This document shows positions 24,895 to 35,290 of a stretch of DNA of 51,126 bases, piece by piece. The notes beneath the pieces are model-generated. The model did no database searches. It was not told the DNA's origin and saw only the letters and a program-made list of their open reading frames with translations. The stretch is from positions 1 to 51,126 of the forward strand of contig JAUCBJ010006863.1 in the NCBI GenBank assembly GCA_032718475.1. Reading direction: 5' to 3'. Position numbers and translations under genes: made by a program. Each line of letters opens with the position of its first letter. Positions within the stretch are counted from its first letter, which is position 1. Source of the stretch: Nemertoderma westbladi. Taxonomy: Eukaryota; Animalia; Xenacoelomorpha.

Positions 24895-25000
24895 GGTATG
24901 CAGTTATCCAGTCTGCCGCTAGGGGGCGAAATATTTGAAAGTGAAAATCTTCTCCCATTTCTTTGTTTGAAATGTTTTTTTTTGCTGGTACTTGGGATAA
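24895..25000 (+). repeat. Solo diverged monomer of the 146-bp CTCF-motif repeat
   Basis: TGCAGTTATCCAGTCTGCCGCTAGGGGGCGAAAT...TCCCATTTCTTTG matches the internal units of 28342-29602. Confidence 0.7.
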
Positions 25001-25462
25001 TAAATTTTAGTGGGTTTTTAAAATTGGTTTGATTTAATTAAAAACATTGAGGGAAAGGAGCAGGTTACAGTGGCGGTGTTTTCTAACCAAAACAATAAAC
25101 TTTACATTATTTCACTTGCGGTCAAAGTGCGCCATATCTGCCAAGCTGACATAAAAATAATTAGGTGTAAAACACTGGAGGTCATACTACTACGAGTTTA
25201 TAAGTCTCACACTAAAACAACTTCTTATAATTGATTAATTTCTCCCCTTCGGGTATCGACAGGATTAATAATATTGGACAAACATTAAATTCAACTAAAT
25301 GCACTAAAATGCTGCAGAGTTCTGAACACATCCCTAAAGACCGCATGTCACTGAACACATCCTAAAGACCGCATGTGACTGCCTGGTTAATGTAAAAATG
25401 TGGAAGTTACATCTGGTTATAAAGGATCTAATAATATGTGGCAGGTAAACATAATAAAAACA

Positions 25463-25570
25463 ATAAAACAACCTTACAAAGCGTTTCGAATTGTTAATTC
25501 GTCTTATTAACTCTCAATCTGAAAACGAATTAACAATTCATTCAACAAACGCTGTGTAATGTTGTTTTAT
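25463..25570. repeat. Inverted repeat built from degenerate hammerhead-like sequence
   Basis: The left arm on the minus strand reads AAGACGAATTAACAATTCGAAACGCTTTGTAAGGTTGTTTTAT. The right arm reads CTGAAAACGAATTAACAATTC[attcaac]AAACGCTGTGTAATGTTGTTTTAT. Confidence 0.6.
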
Positions 25571-25917
25571 GCATATTAAGTGTTGGCCTAATGTTCAATC
25601 ACACTTGCTACATTAATCTCGCATTTAGAAATAATAGGTAATCAATAATCATAATAATACAACAACAACTACTAACCGCTCGAACTTTGTAGATCTGAAG
25701 AGATGCGGTGATTTCTGTTAGATCCGAGTGAGGGAGGTTAAGTGAGGGTACGGCGAGTTATAAATAAACCAAGTATATCTGGAGACAATGCAAATAATAT
25801 TAATTATGTATTACATTTAATGATTTAAATATGTAGCACCGTATTTCAAGCTAGATCGAGTTGAAATATTTACGAGCGAAAGCGAGTGAGGAAAATATGA
25901 AACGAGATGGTGGGGAT

Positions 25918-26971
25918 GTGGGGCGAGCGACGAAAGTAAGCGAGCTTAGCATACAGGTACCACTAACTCAATCGGTGTGTCTGTTGTTCTGTCGTTCGGT
26001 TATGTTCAATTTTAAACGTTAATAACTCAGGCAAATATCGATGAAATCTATCCAAACTATGTACACATGTTGTTTGGCAAAAGTTTAGAAATTTTCCAAG
26101 TTGAATTTCCGTGTGGCCTTCGAGAAGCTAAGATTATAGCAGTTAATTAAGTTGATTAGGGTAAAAACAGCATTTTCAAGCCTGTCTTTTAATGGAAACT
26201 AATTATTTTATAGTATAAGATATAAATAATTTTACTTGAAAATTATACAGCTGTAATCTCCATACCCCATTCCATTATAGTTTTTAATTAGTTCAAGTGA
26301 TTTGCTTTAAGAAATGTGTTTTTAATTAATCTAAACGTAATAAGTCATCAAAATGCCCTCGTCACTCTATACCTCCATCATACCTTGGCATACTAGCTAT
26401 TGCCTATTAATTGGAACCAGTAATCATCTCATCACTACTTGGCAACGGGTAATTTCATCTATAGAACATAAAGGCAGGGCACTACTAGTGTAACTAATAC
26501 GCTAGCTTGCTTTATCTTGCAAAGTGATTGGCTGAATGTTATTTAATCCTGAATCTTTAGAATATATTAGCTAAATAATTGCGTTGAGGCATTGACATGA
26601 TAATTAATATTTCAGTATCAATACTATCGGCATAAGGTAAGTTTTTAATAATATTTACAAATTGGGTTGCCTCCACACCTAAAAATATATTACTTTTAAA
26701 ACACAAATTTCCTGTTAATACCTCTGCCTTCCATTAATCCTCTGTGCTCCTTTGGTTTGGGGTGGTGCAGATTAAGAGGGCGGTTGAAGCGAGGGGGGGG
26801 GGGGGGGGGGGGGGAACTTTCCTCTCTTCTTTGATTTATTCTTTTTGGCGTTTTGGTTAAATTTCTTAATTATTTATTTAAATGTCTTAAGTACCGATTT
26901 TGGGATAGAATAGCTCAATTTTAATCTGTATCTCATACTGAGCCTCGTCCTGCGCGACGGCCCCACGAACT
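25918..26971 (+). mobile_element. Second Helentron-like non-autonomous family member
   Basis: 5' end GTGGGGCGAGCGACGAAAG and 3' end CTCGTCCTGCGCGACGGCCCCACGAAC resemble the termini at 17615 and 28342. Its last ~170 bp recur at 40120-40291. Confidence 0.6.
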
Positions 26972-27313
26972 TATAGTGAAGACATATAAATAAACTAATG
27001 TTATTCGTTAAAAAAAATAATATTGGTATGAAGTACTTTTGTCACTATTTTTAATTAACAGAAACTTATTATTTCTGTGTATCATTAGATTTTACAGGAA
27101 TTTACACATTTACACATTACAGGAGTTACCAGTGAAATATATGTAACTGTCGGTGGTGTAAGCTGGCGGTTAATTCATAAACGACTAACGCAGCTGATGT
27201 TGACACTGTTAGTGACGTACTTCAGAAAACAGGGAGCTCAAGGGATGAACAGACCATTACCAGTTAAAGGTAGTATCTTTTTTGTCTAACGTTTTTTCTT
27301 GACATATATTGTG

Positions 27314-27871
27314 CCGGGTGTTCCATAATGATTCCCCCCCCCCCCTGGCCACCTAAAACTGCCAGACATGTACCGGCACCTTAGTGTAATATATCATTCG
27401 AAAGATAATTTAATTCTGAGCTTGCATGCAAAAATTTAGGGTCCATTACAAAAGTATAAAATTGTTTGCACTGGAACTTGTCATTTTAATTATTTCTGTT
27501 AGGCCTAATTCAGAAAAATTACCAAATAAACACTAATACCGGTAACTGAATACTGTAATATATTGCAATACAGCAAAAGTCAGGCAGTAATAACTGTTTA
27601 AACAATGCTGCAAATCTGATGACTAACGCTTGATAAATAAATTCTTTTTTTTTAAATTGTGATTAAATCACAAATATTGAAAAGTAAGATTGGTGTAAAG
27701 AATTGCCTATAAAATTTTTATACTTTTGTATTTGACCCTAAATTTTTGCGTGTAAGCTCAGAATTAAATTCTATAGTTCGATTGATATATTACACTAAGG
27801 TGCAGTCTGGCAGATTTGGCTGGCCAGGGGGGGTGGGGGGGAGGGGGGGGCAATCATTATGGAACACCGGG
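27314..27871. mobile_element. MITE with ~150-bp TIRs, Tc1/mariner-like
   Basis: CCGGGTGTTCCATAATGATT...TACAAAAGTATAAAA is matched by the inverted TTTTATACTTTTGTA...AATCATTATGGAACACCGGG. The right flank is TA and the left flank is TG. Confidence 0.85.
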
Positions 27872-28341
27872 TATATGAAACAACAATAACTGGTTAACTT
27901 AAACGTGACATTGAAATTGTTTAGTCATCCATTGCGTGTTCAAAGCCGCACCCAACAACATAACCACTAAAACAACCTGTCAACTATATCGATTGGGAAA
28001 TGCTTATCACTTCATCTACTGCTTATGACGTATTTCCAAGTATTGTTGTTCACTAAGAAGGCAGTAAAACTTATTATTAACTTGTATTGTCCCCCGTAAA
28101 TGCGCCAAAATCGCATTTGGGAAAGAACGATAATGACGCATGAAAGGAGCAACACGCTAAGTGGTTGCATTGTAGGTAGGAGCTGAGGTGAAGCCAAGTT
28201 GCTAGGATACAAGTACATTATAAACAAAGAGAGAGAGAGTGCATACTGGGTGAATTTAGCCTTGGTCCACACATCATTGCTGCCGATATTGTATTTAAAC
28301 TATTCAATTTATTGACGAGAAATATTACATAAAACCTCATT

Positions 28342-28420
28342 TGTGGGGCGAGCCACGAAGTTGGCGGAGCCTTAGCGAATTGACACTGTTAGGGGGTGGG
28401 TCAATTTATGCAAATAGTTG

Positions 28421-28452
<32 letters not shown>

Positions 28453-29602
28453 GTCGTCGTTGTCGTCGTCGTTACGATTTTGACATGCTAATAACTTTGT
28501 CGGATTTAAAGCTGCCAAGTTGAAAATTTGTAGGTATCAATATAAGCAAAAGTTGAGATTTTTGAGAGACTTTCAGACACCATCAGTGCAATGGTCTCCC
28601 GCTAGAGGGCCACATGTCTAAACATTAAATGGCCACCCATTTCTTTGCTTTTAATCCGTTTAAGCTGAAACTTGGGAAGTATGTACTAGACCATTAGCTG
28701 TAAATTTCAAAGGAGGCTAATCTGTCTGCAGTTCTCCAGTCTGCCGCTAGAGGGCGAAATGTCCCGAATGTGAAATTATTCTTCCATTTAGTTGTTTATG
28801 ATCTGATTACGCTGAAACTTGTCATATATGTACTAGATGACATCCTGAGTCTTTGTGTGGATTGTAATCGGTCCGAAGTTTTCCAGTCTCCCGCTAGAGG
28901 GCCACATGTCTAAACATTAAATGGCCACCCATTTCTTTGCTTTTAATCCGTTTAAGCTGAAACTTGGGAAGTATGTACTAGACCATTAGCTGTAAATTTC
29001 AAAGGAGGCTAATCTGTCTGCAGTTCTCCAGTCTGCCGCTAGAGGGCGAAATGTCCCGAATGTGAAATTATTCTTCCATTTAGTTGTTTATGATCTGATT
29101 ACGCTGAAACTTGTCATATATGTACTAGAAGACATCCTAAGTCTTTGTGTGGACAGTAATCGGTCCGGAGTTTTCGAGTCTGCCGCTAGAGGGCGAAATG
29201 TAGGAAAGTGATAACCTTTGCGAATTCCTTGATCTTAATCTATTTAAGCTGAATTTTGGAATATACAGTACCGGTATGTACTAGACCACATGCCTCGTCT
29301 TTGTGAGGAAGGTGATCGATCCGTAGTTCTTTAATATGCCGCTAGAGGGCTAAATGTATGAAAGTGAAAACCTTCCAACATTTCGTTATTTATGATCCGT
29401 CAATCGGAAACTTGGTAGATATGTAATAGACCATAGGCTGTGGCTTTGTAGGGAAACTAATCCTTCCTTCTTCAGTTACCCAGTCTCCCGCTAGAGGGTT
29501 AACGTTTTCCGGGAAAATCTTCTCCTATGTTTTTATAATCCTTTCGAGTTGATACTTAGCATTAACTCATTTCACGTGCTGCGCGAAGGCCCCACTTCGT
29601 GT
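28342..29602 (+). mobile_element. Helentron-like non-autonomous element, copy 2, with an internal array of ~146-bp repeats
   Basis: Same termini and (TCG)n tract as copy 1. CCGCTAGAGGG(C) occurs at 28599, 28744, 28891, 29036, 29183, 29339 and 29488. The first four units form a 292-bp dimer duplication. Confidence 0.8.
28599..29499 (+). promoter_or_regulatory. Seven co-oriented CTCF-consensus motifs (putative insulator array)
   Basis: Each core fits CCRSYAGRKGGC (the last ends in T instead of C). TGCAG starts 17 bp before the core at 28744 and 29036, the spacing of the CTCF upstream motif. Binding is not demonstrated. Confidence 0.55.
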
Positions 29603-29702
29603 TTATATATGTTAATATTTTTTTCAGTTAAGAATCTTAAGTTTCCGATTTATTTTAACTGTTCAACGAGGCAAAAAAGGCCAGACTGAGTAGTTTGTTG
29701 GG

Positions 29703-31865
29703 ATGGCGAAAGTGTTTCCAGGCGATTCGGCCTATGGAAGTGCGAAGACTCACGACCCAGAGTTTAAGGGACCAATTGAGGGCCGAGGATGCACCGATAT
29801 CATCTGTTGCATCCTCTACATCGCCTTCCTGGGTGGTCTCGGTGTAGTAGCCTACTTCGCATTCATCGCAGGAGATCCGATCAGATTGCTCAGCCCTACT
29901 GACTCACAGGGAAACATATGTGACTATGACAACATTGAGACCAAACAAAACCTCACAGGTAAACCCTATTTATTTTACTACGATATCAGCCGATGTGCCA
30001 GTCTAGGGAGTAGCTTTGGGTTTCAATGTCCAACCAAACAGATTTGCGTGGATAAATGCCCCGATCAGTACTGGGTGTTTCTCCAGAACCCACTATTCGC
30101 CAACTCAGAAGCCATGCATAAATACTGTGAATACGGATACACTCCTCCGACATTCACTGCTCCAAATGCAGCTGACGCTCTAAAAGTGATTACCGATGAG
30201 AAATGTCCACCCTATATATTAAAATCCAAACCGTTTTTGAACAGATGCATCCCATCTTTAGTGCAAGATGTTGTTAATGAAGGTGCGAATGTCTTGGATA
30301 ATGGCGAAATTACTATAGACACGGGTGCGCTCAATGTACCAAGTGGAAGCGATGGGAGCACGGAACTAGCTGTGGATCTAAGCGCGTTGAAAACCGGAAT
30401 AGCTACTATTGGAGAATACGTAGACATACAAGACATTGGAGGTAAAGTATTGGATGACTTTATAGAGACGTGGCCGTGGATGTTGGGTCTGTTGGTGTTG
30501 GCGATGATAATATCCTTCTTGGTCATCGTGTTAATGAGATGGATTGCAGGGCCAATTATATGGTTCCTTGTGTTCGCATTGATAGCCGGTCTGGGGGTGG
30601 GATTGTGGTACACCACGGATCGCTATATGAGACTCACAGACATTGCGATGACCTGGGCTTGGGTCACCAATGTTAGTTACTACACGCAGACTCAAGAATT
30701 CTGGTTGGCTATCGCTATCATAGATGGCATTATATTGATTATAATTCTTCTACTCGTAATCTGTCTCTGCCGTCGAATCCGACTCGCCATTAAACTCATC
30801 GAGCAAGCAAGCCGTGCGGTCGGCTGCATGATGTCCACGCTATTCTTACCTCTCGCTTTCTATCTGCTACAGCTGCTAAACTTGATTGTTTTTACTGCGA
30901 TTGCTATTTATCTGGCATCCAACGGGGAACCTTACTACAATGTATTCAGTTCCACCGAATCCCGAAACGGGACAAGTTGTGTCCCCAAGGATTTCGTCGC
31001 TCAAACCGCGAATGAGAAATGTATATTCGTTTCTTACGGAGGTGATCCAAATATATTCCGATTACAAATATACAATCTATTCGCCTTGTTCTGGAACGCT
31101 AATTTCATTATAGGTTTAGGGCAGGTTACATTGGCGGGTGCCTTCGCATCCTGGTATTGGGCATTCAATAAATCCACCGACGTGCCTCTCTTCCCATTGG
31201 CTGCCTCTTTTTGGCGCGCCCTTCGTTATCACCTAGGGTCGATAGCCTTTGGCGCACTCATAATCGCAATTATTCAGATAATACGCGCTGCCCTGGAATA
31301 CGTCGAACGAAAACTCAAAAAATCAGATAATAAAGTAGCCGAGTTCGCTATCAAATGCTTAAGGTGTTGCTTCTGGTGCCTCGAAAAAATAATACGATTC
31401 GTAACAAGAAATGCTTATATTATGATCGCTATTCATGGAAAGAATTTCTGTTTCTCAGCTAAAGATGCCTTTTCGCTTTTGCTGCGAAATATTCTTAGAG
31501 TTTCCGTCTTAAACGGTGTTACAACATTTCTTCTTGTAATCGCGAAGCTGTTTGTCGTTGGTGTCACGGCTTTCATCAGCTTCCTTGCTTTCACTGGCGA
31601 CATCCAAATCCCCTATTTTCTCCTCAGTGTAGGATCCCTCAACTACTATTGGGTTCCTATAATCGTGATTATAATTGGCACTTATATCATTGCTGATTTG
31701 TTCTTCGATGTTTACGATATGGCTATTGACACAATATTTCTCTCCTTCCTGGAGGACTGTGAGAGAAACGATGGTTCTCCAGAGAAACCTTATTTTATGC
31801 CTAAAGATCTAATGAAACTGGTCGGTAAAGAAAACACTTTTCATTCTTTAAACGAAAAGGCTTGA
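29703..31865 (+). CDS. SLC44A2: Choline transporter-like protein (CTL2/SLC44A2-4-5 group), uninterrupted CDS
   Basis: 720 aa with the family signatures DPEFKGPI..RGCTDIICC, PTDSQGNIC, CPTKQICVDKCP, RYHLGSIAFG, RNAYIMIAIHGKNFC and FLEDCERNDGSPEKPYFM, and about 10 TM segments. The exact paralogue (A2, A4 or A5) cannot be resolved. Confidence 0.93.
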   Translation: MAKVFPGDSAYGSAKTHDPEFKGPIEGRGCTDIICCILYIAFLGGLGVVAYFAFIAGDPIRLLSPTDSQGNICDYDNIETKQNLTGKPYLFYYDISRCASLGSSFGFQCPTKQICVDKCPDQYWVFLQNPLFANSEAMHKYCEYGYTPPTFTAPNAADALKVITDEKCPPYILKSKPFLNRCIPSLVQDVVNEGANVLDNGEITIDTGALNVPSGSDGSTELAVDLSALKTGIATIGEYVDIQDIGGKVLDDFIETWPWMLGLLVLAMIISFLVIVLMRWIAGPIIWFLVFALIAGLGVGLWYTTDRYMRLTDIAMTWAWVTNVSYYTQTQEFWLAIAIIDGIILIIILLLVICLCRRIRLAIKLIEQASRAVGCMMSTLFLPLAFYLLQLLNLIVFTAIAIYLASNGEPYYNVFSSTESRNGTSCVPKDFVAQTANEKCIFVSYGGDPNIFRLQIYNLFALFWNANFIIGLGQVTLAGAFASWYWAFNKSTDVPLFPLAASFWRALRYHLGSIAFGALIIAIIQIIRAALEYVERKLKKSDNKVAEFAIKCLRCCFWCLEKIIRFVTRNAYIMIAIHGKNFCFSAKDAFSLLLRNILRVSVLNGVTTFLLVIAKLFVVGVTAFISFLAFTGDIQIPYFLLSVGSLNYYWVPIIVIIIGTYIIADLFFDVYDMAIDTIFLSFLEDCERNDGSPEKPYFMPKDLMKLVGKENTFHSLNEKA

Positions 31866-32258
31866 AGAGAAAATCACGAATTCCATAAAGCACGAGCATG
31901 AAATCAAATCACTATTGTCTTAAACTACGCAAATAATTGGTCAATTAATGAGGATACGGCCGCGAAAGAGTATGATTCATTTAAATACAACGGTGTTACA
32001 GTACAGTAATGGGGTTGCGTTTGGTACCGGTACCCCATTTGTGGGATGTATTTTAATTATTGTATATTTTTCACGCTGCGCCATCGCAACCAGCGTCACG
32101 TACTGTAATTAGTATTTTAATTATTGTATATTTATGAAATGTTTGATGTATTTCTATTTGTTTAATTTGGTAGAGGTGCGTGCTTATCATTATTTCAGTA
32201 ACTTCATTCAGCATATTTATTTCGAGTAGTGAATATGAAGGTTATTTTGAGAACTGCT

Positions 32259-32264
32259 AATAAA
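32259..32264 (+). promoter_or_regulatory. Candidate polyadenylation signal of the SLC44 gene
   Basis: AATAAA about 400 bp after the stop codon, in AT-rich sequence. Confidence 0.35.
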
Positions 32265-32480
32265 TTAATATTTACTAAATTTTTCAGGATTATTTAATTT
32301 ATTCAAAAATGTCGTCGGCATCCCTTAACGTCGTTTTGTATTGGCAGCGAGTTGTTATATTTATATATTAATTATAACTTGAGTACAAAGTATCAGATTA
32401 CAGATATACATTTCATAGCGATGTGATATAAACTTTACTACCTTATAGAAGTAAAGTCTCCCAGTGCCGGTGCCAAAAAA

Positions 32481-32735
32481 ATATTATTATAACTTTTTGT
32501 TGGGCACAGCTTTTTGCAGAGTCGGCAACCACGTCCAGGTGGGATCGAACTAGTAACCTCCGGGTTGGAAGTCTGACGCTCTAACCATTCAGCTAGCGGC
32601 TCAGGTAAAAGATAGACCTGGAAATACTACCTGATACCTCGTATGTCCGCTATTTACCTCCTCATGGCTTCCCATCTGTCAATGCCAACAAAAAGTTATA
32701 ATAATATGAAAGCACTCATTCACCCATAACACCAA
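32481..32735 (-). mobile_element. tRNA-containing dispersed repeat, copy D, bracketed by a 23-bp inverted repeat
   Basis: The body matches copies A and C. ATATTATTATAACTTTTTGTTGG (32481-32503) is the exact reverse complement of 32685-32707. Confidence 0.8.
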
Positions 32736-33395
32736 AAAAAATATTGTCACTACCGACTCTCATTATCGAGAGTCACGATACAGACATCGACGGTATAAAT
32801 GTAGGCCTATTGGATGGTATGCAGTGCGGACGATCTAGAAATCGGCAAGGTAAGCCTATATGGAATGCAGTGTGGACGACTGGGCTGAAATCTGGGACTG
32901 GTAAAGGTAATATATCTACGGTACCAGAGATTGCCGGAGATTCTCTCACTGCCAGAGATTCGCGAAATATAAAAGTACAATATCTTGGAATAAACTTGAT
33001 GGTTTTTTTCATTCCAGCAAAAAATGTTACACTTTTTATTACCATTAACAACCAAAGCCAGCAGTAATTTCGCAATGTTACAAAGTTGGTTGAAATTACT
33101 TAGCCCTATATATAATATAATTTATGAGTAAAGAAAACCTTTGCATTGTTCTGAACCGAATGGATTGTTAAACGAACGACGAAACTTGTGCCGAGCCAGT
33201 TCCTATACTGCGATATGGAACCTGGAGGAGTAAATAATGGGGTTGGATAGAGATGGAGTGTTCACCCTTGGGAGTTAGTGTGGCGCCCTCCCTGAATTAC
33301 AGGTAACAGCCAAGAGAGAAAAGCCTATGGGTTGTCTCCGGGAATCGTTTATCATGTTCACCAATAACTATTTTCCTGATTAACAATATTGTAAC

Positions 33396-33627
33396 ACTGA
33401 GAAGAATTTCATAGTTCAATTATTCCGCTATAAAATATAATTATTTAATAAAATTTTCAATGTTTCAACTACACAGTAGCCATCATCAGGGATAATTAAA
33501 CACAAAAGAACCAATAAAGTAAGTATAAAATAAAGCAAGTATGAAATATTAAGAGATAACTAACTATAACTAGTACCGGTAATTATATATTATAGAGGAA
33601 TATTCGAACTATGAATTTCTTCTCAGT
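33396..33627. mobile_element. Penelope-like inverted pseudo-LTR remnant
   Basis: Inverted arms of ~48 bp (33396-33444 and 33580-33627) enclose a hammerhead-core-like motif. Confidence 0.5.
33455..33491 (-). ncRNA. Minimal hammerhead ribozyme-like core, probably degenerate
   Basis: The minus strand reads CTGATGA-T-GGCTAC-TGT-GTAGTT-GAAA-CATTG, i.e. CUGAUGA, stem II and GAAA. Stem III and the cleavage triplet are not clearly intact. Confidence 0.5.
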
Positions 33628-34339
33628 ATTTCTAATACTCGTCTTTGTGAGCCGATTTCACCTTCGCTCAAAAACCAATATAATATTGTAACATGTTATG
33701 AGACGACAACACTGACATGAAACTCCATATGAAACTTACTAAAAAGGTGTAAATAATATTTTTGTCGGAATTTCTTAACTATCACAAAAGATTCAATAAT
33801 TTATAGAACATTATAAAGCGTTTTTACCTAATTTGAACAAAACCCATCAACAATAAACATCCAAAGACGACTTTATGTGTAAGAGGTATCGGGAGCAGAT
33901 TAACTAATTAGGCGAACATTAATTAGATTTGGTTTATGAGCTAGCCAAGACTGCTTCGGTTTCAGTGTAAAGACACTACCCTAGTACCTCTGGGTAGACA
34001 TATCGTCTACCCTCACTATAGTGAGGGTAGACGCTCACTCACTCGCTCAGTTACGGTGGATTCTGGATTCACACCAGGTGCTGATCGCTTTAAATTATCG
34101 TGCGACTCACTTCACTCAGGTGATCACGTCATAACCCATACTTAATGTTCATTCACACCACAATGCATGAGACAAACTTTACACAGTACTGTACTGTATC
34201 TATAATACAATTCTTATTACAATATAATTATAATGGCCACTAGAAAATAATAGTCGGTAGGCCTACCAGTATTGGCATTGTCAGCCCTATCAATAATAAT
34301 TTTAAGACGAGCGACAAAGAAACCAAAATAAGCCATCTA

Positions 34340-35290
34340 TTTGGGTGAAACCGCTGTTTCTTCAAAGGAACAATCTTGGAGAACACACTGTGTTGGTGTA
34401 TAATCTGATACAAACTGGTGATAATTACCACTTCAGAAGATATTTTCGAATGGATAGAAGTACATTTTTTCTACTGCTGGAACTCACTGAAATTCACCTG
34501 GAAAAACAACCTACACAGTATAGATTGCCTATAGCCCCACAAGAAAGATCAGCATTGACCTTCCCATATCTTGGTCATGGGGATTCTCAGGCCTTACTTA
34601 GCATTACATATCGAATAGGCCATTCAAGCATTCAACTATTAATGGAATAATATCGGAGACTATGTCATTTTGTGGAAGGTTTAGAAACCATTGGTTCTTC
34701 CTAAACGAGGAGTTGGATTATATAAGTCATCTGCGGCCATCTGAGGATGGATTTAATAAACTGTGGCAGTTTCCAAACTATGTAGGGGCAATTGACGGCA
34801 AACATATAAAAATTGTCTGTCCGCCAAACTCGGGTTCGAAATACTATAATTACATAAACTATTTTAGTATTGTCCTTCTTGCTATTGTTGATAGCAACTA
34901 CAACTTTATCATGATTGATGTAGGTGACTATGGCAGCCAGAATGGTAGTGGCGTATTCTGGAATTCAGCATTTGGACAGCACCTTCCAACTGATAAAGAA
35001 TTGTTTGCAGGAGGAACCCTTATGCCTCATGTAATTGTTCGTGATGAAGGCTTTCCTCTGACTTCTTACCTTATGAGACCTTATACAGGATCAAACCTAC
35101 CCGATATTGACACAGTATACAATTACAGGTTAAGCCGATCTGCCGATCTAGAAGAATTGTAGAAAACGCCTTTGGCATTCTGACCCATAAATGGCGTATT
35201 TACTTTCGAACAATGCATATGAACCCATATAATGCTTCAAATGCAGTAAAGGCAACTTGTGTTCTACATAATTTTATACGTCAACGGGAC
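34340..35290 (+). pseudogene. PIF/Harbinger transposase (HARBI1-like DDE nuclease) pseudogene
   Basis: FRRYFRMDRSTF, IAPQER..YLGHGDS, WQFPNYVGAIDGKHI, DEGFPL..YLMRPY, YNYRLSR, VENAFGIL..KWR and ATCVLHNF, broken by frameshifts and stops. Confidence 0.92.

Noticed and set aside
26940-26975. HDV-like ribozyme at the Helentron-like 3' end (TCG-TCCTGCG-CGA)
   Set aside because: It has a P3/L3-like hairpin, but P1 pairs incompletely and the P1.1 GG and the P4/J4-2 elements are missing. It is better explained as a terminal hairpin plus subTIR.
30212-31113. Antisense and alternative-frame ORFs within the SLC44 CDS (likewise 40940-41771 in SLC49A3 and those within the LINE ORF)
   Set aside because: They are shadow ORFs of real coding sequence with no recognisable motifs.
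32744-33075. Overlapping 82-107-aa ORFs on both strands
   Set aside because: No recognisable domain or convincing splice context, so they cannot be supported as genes.
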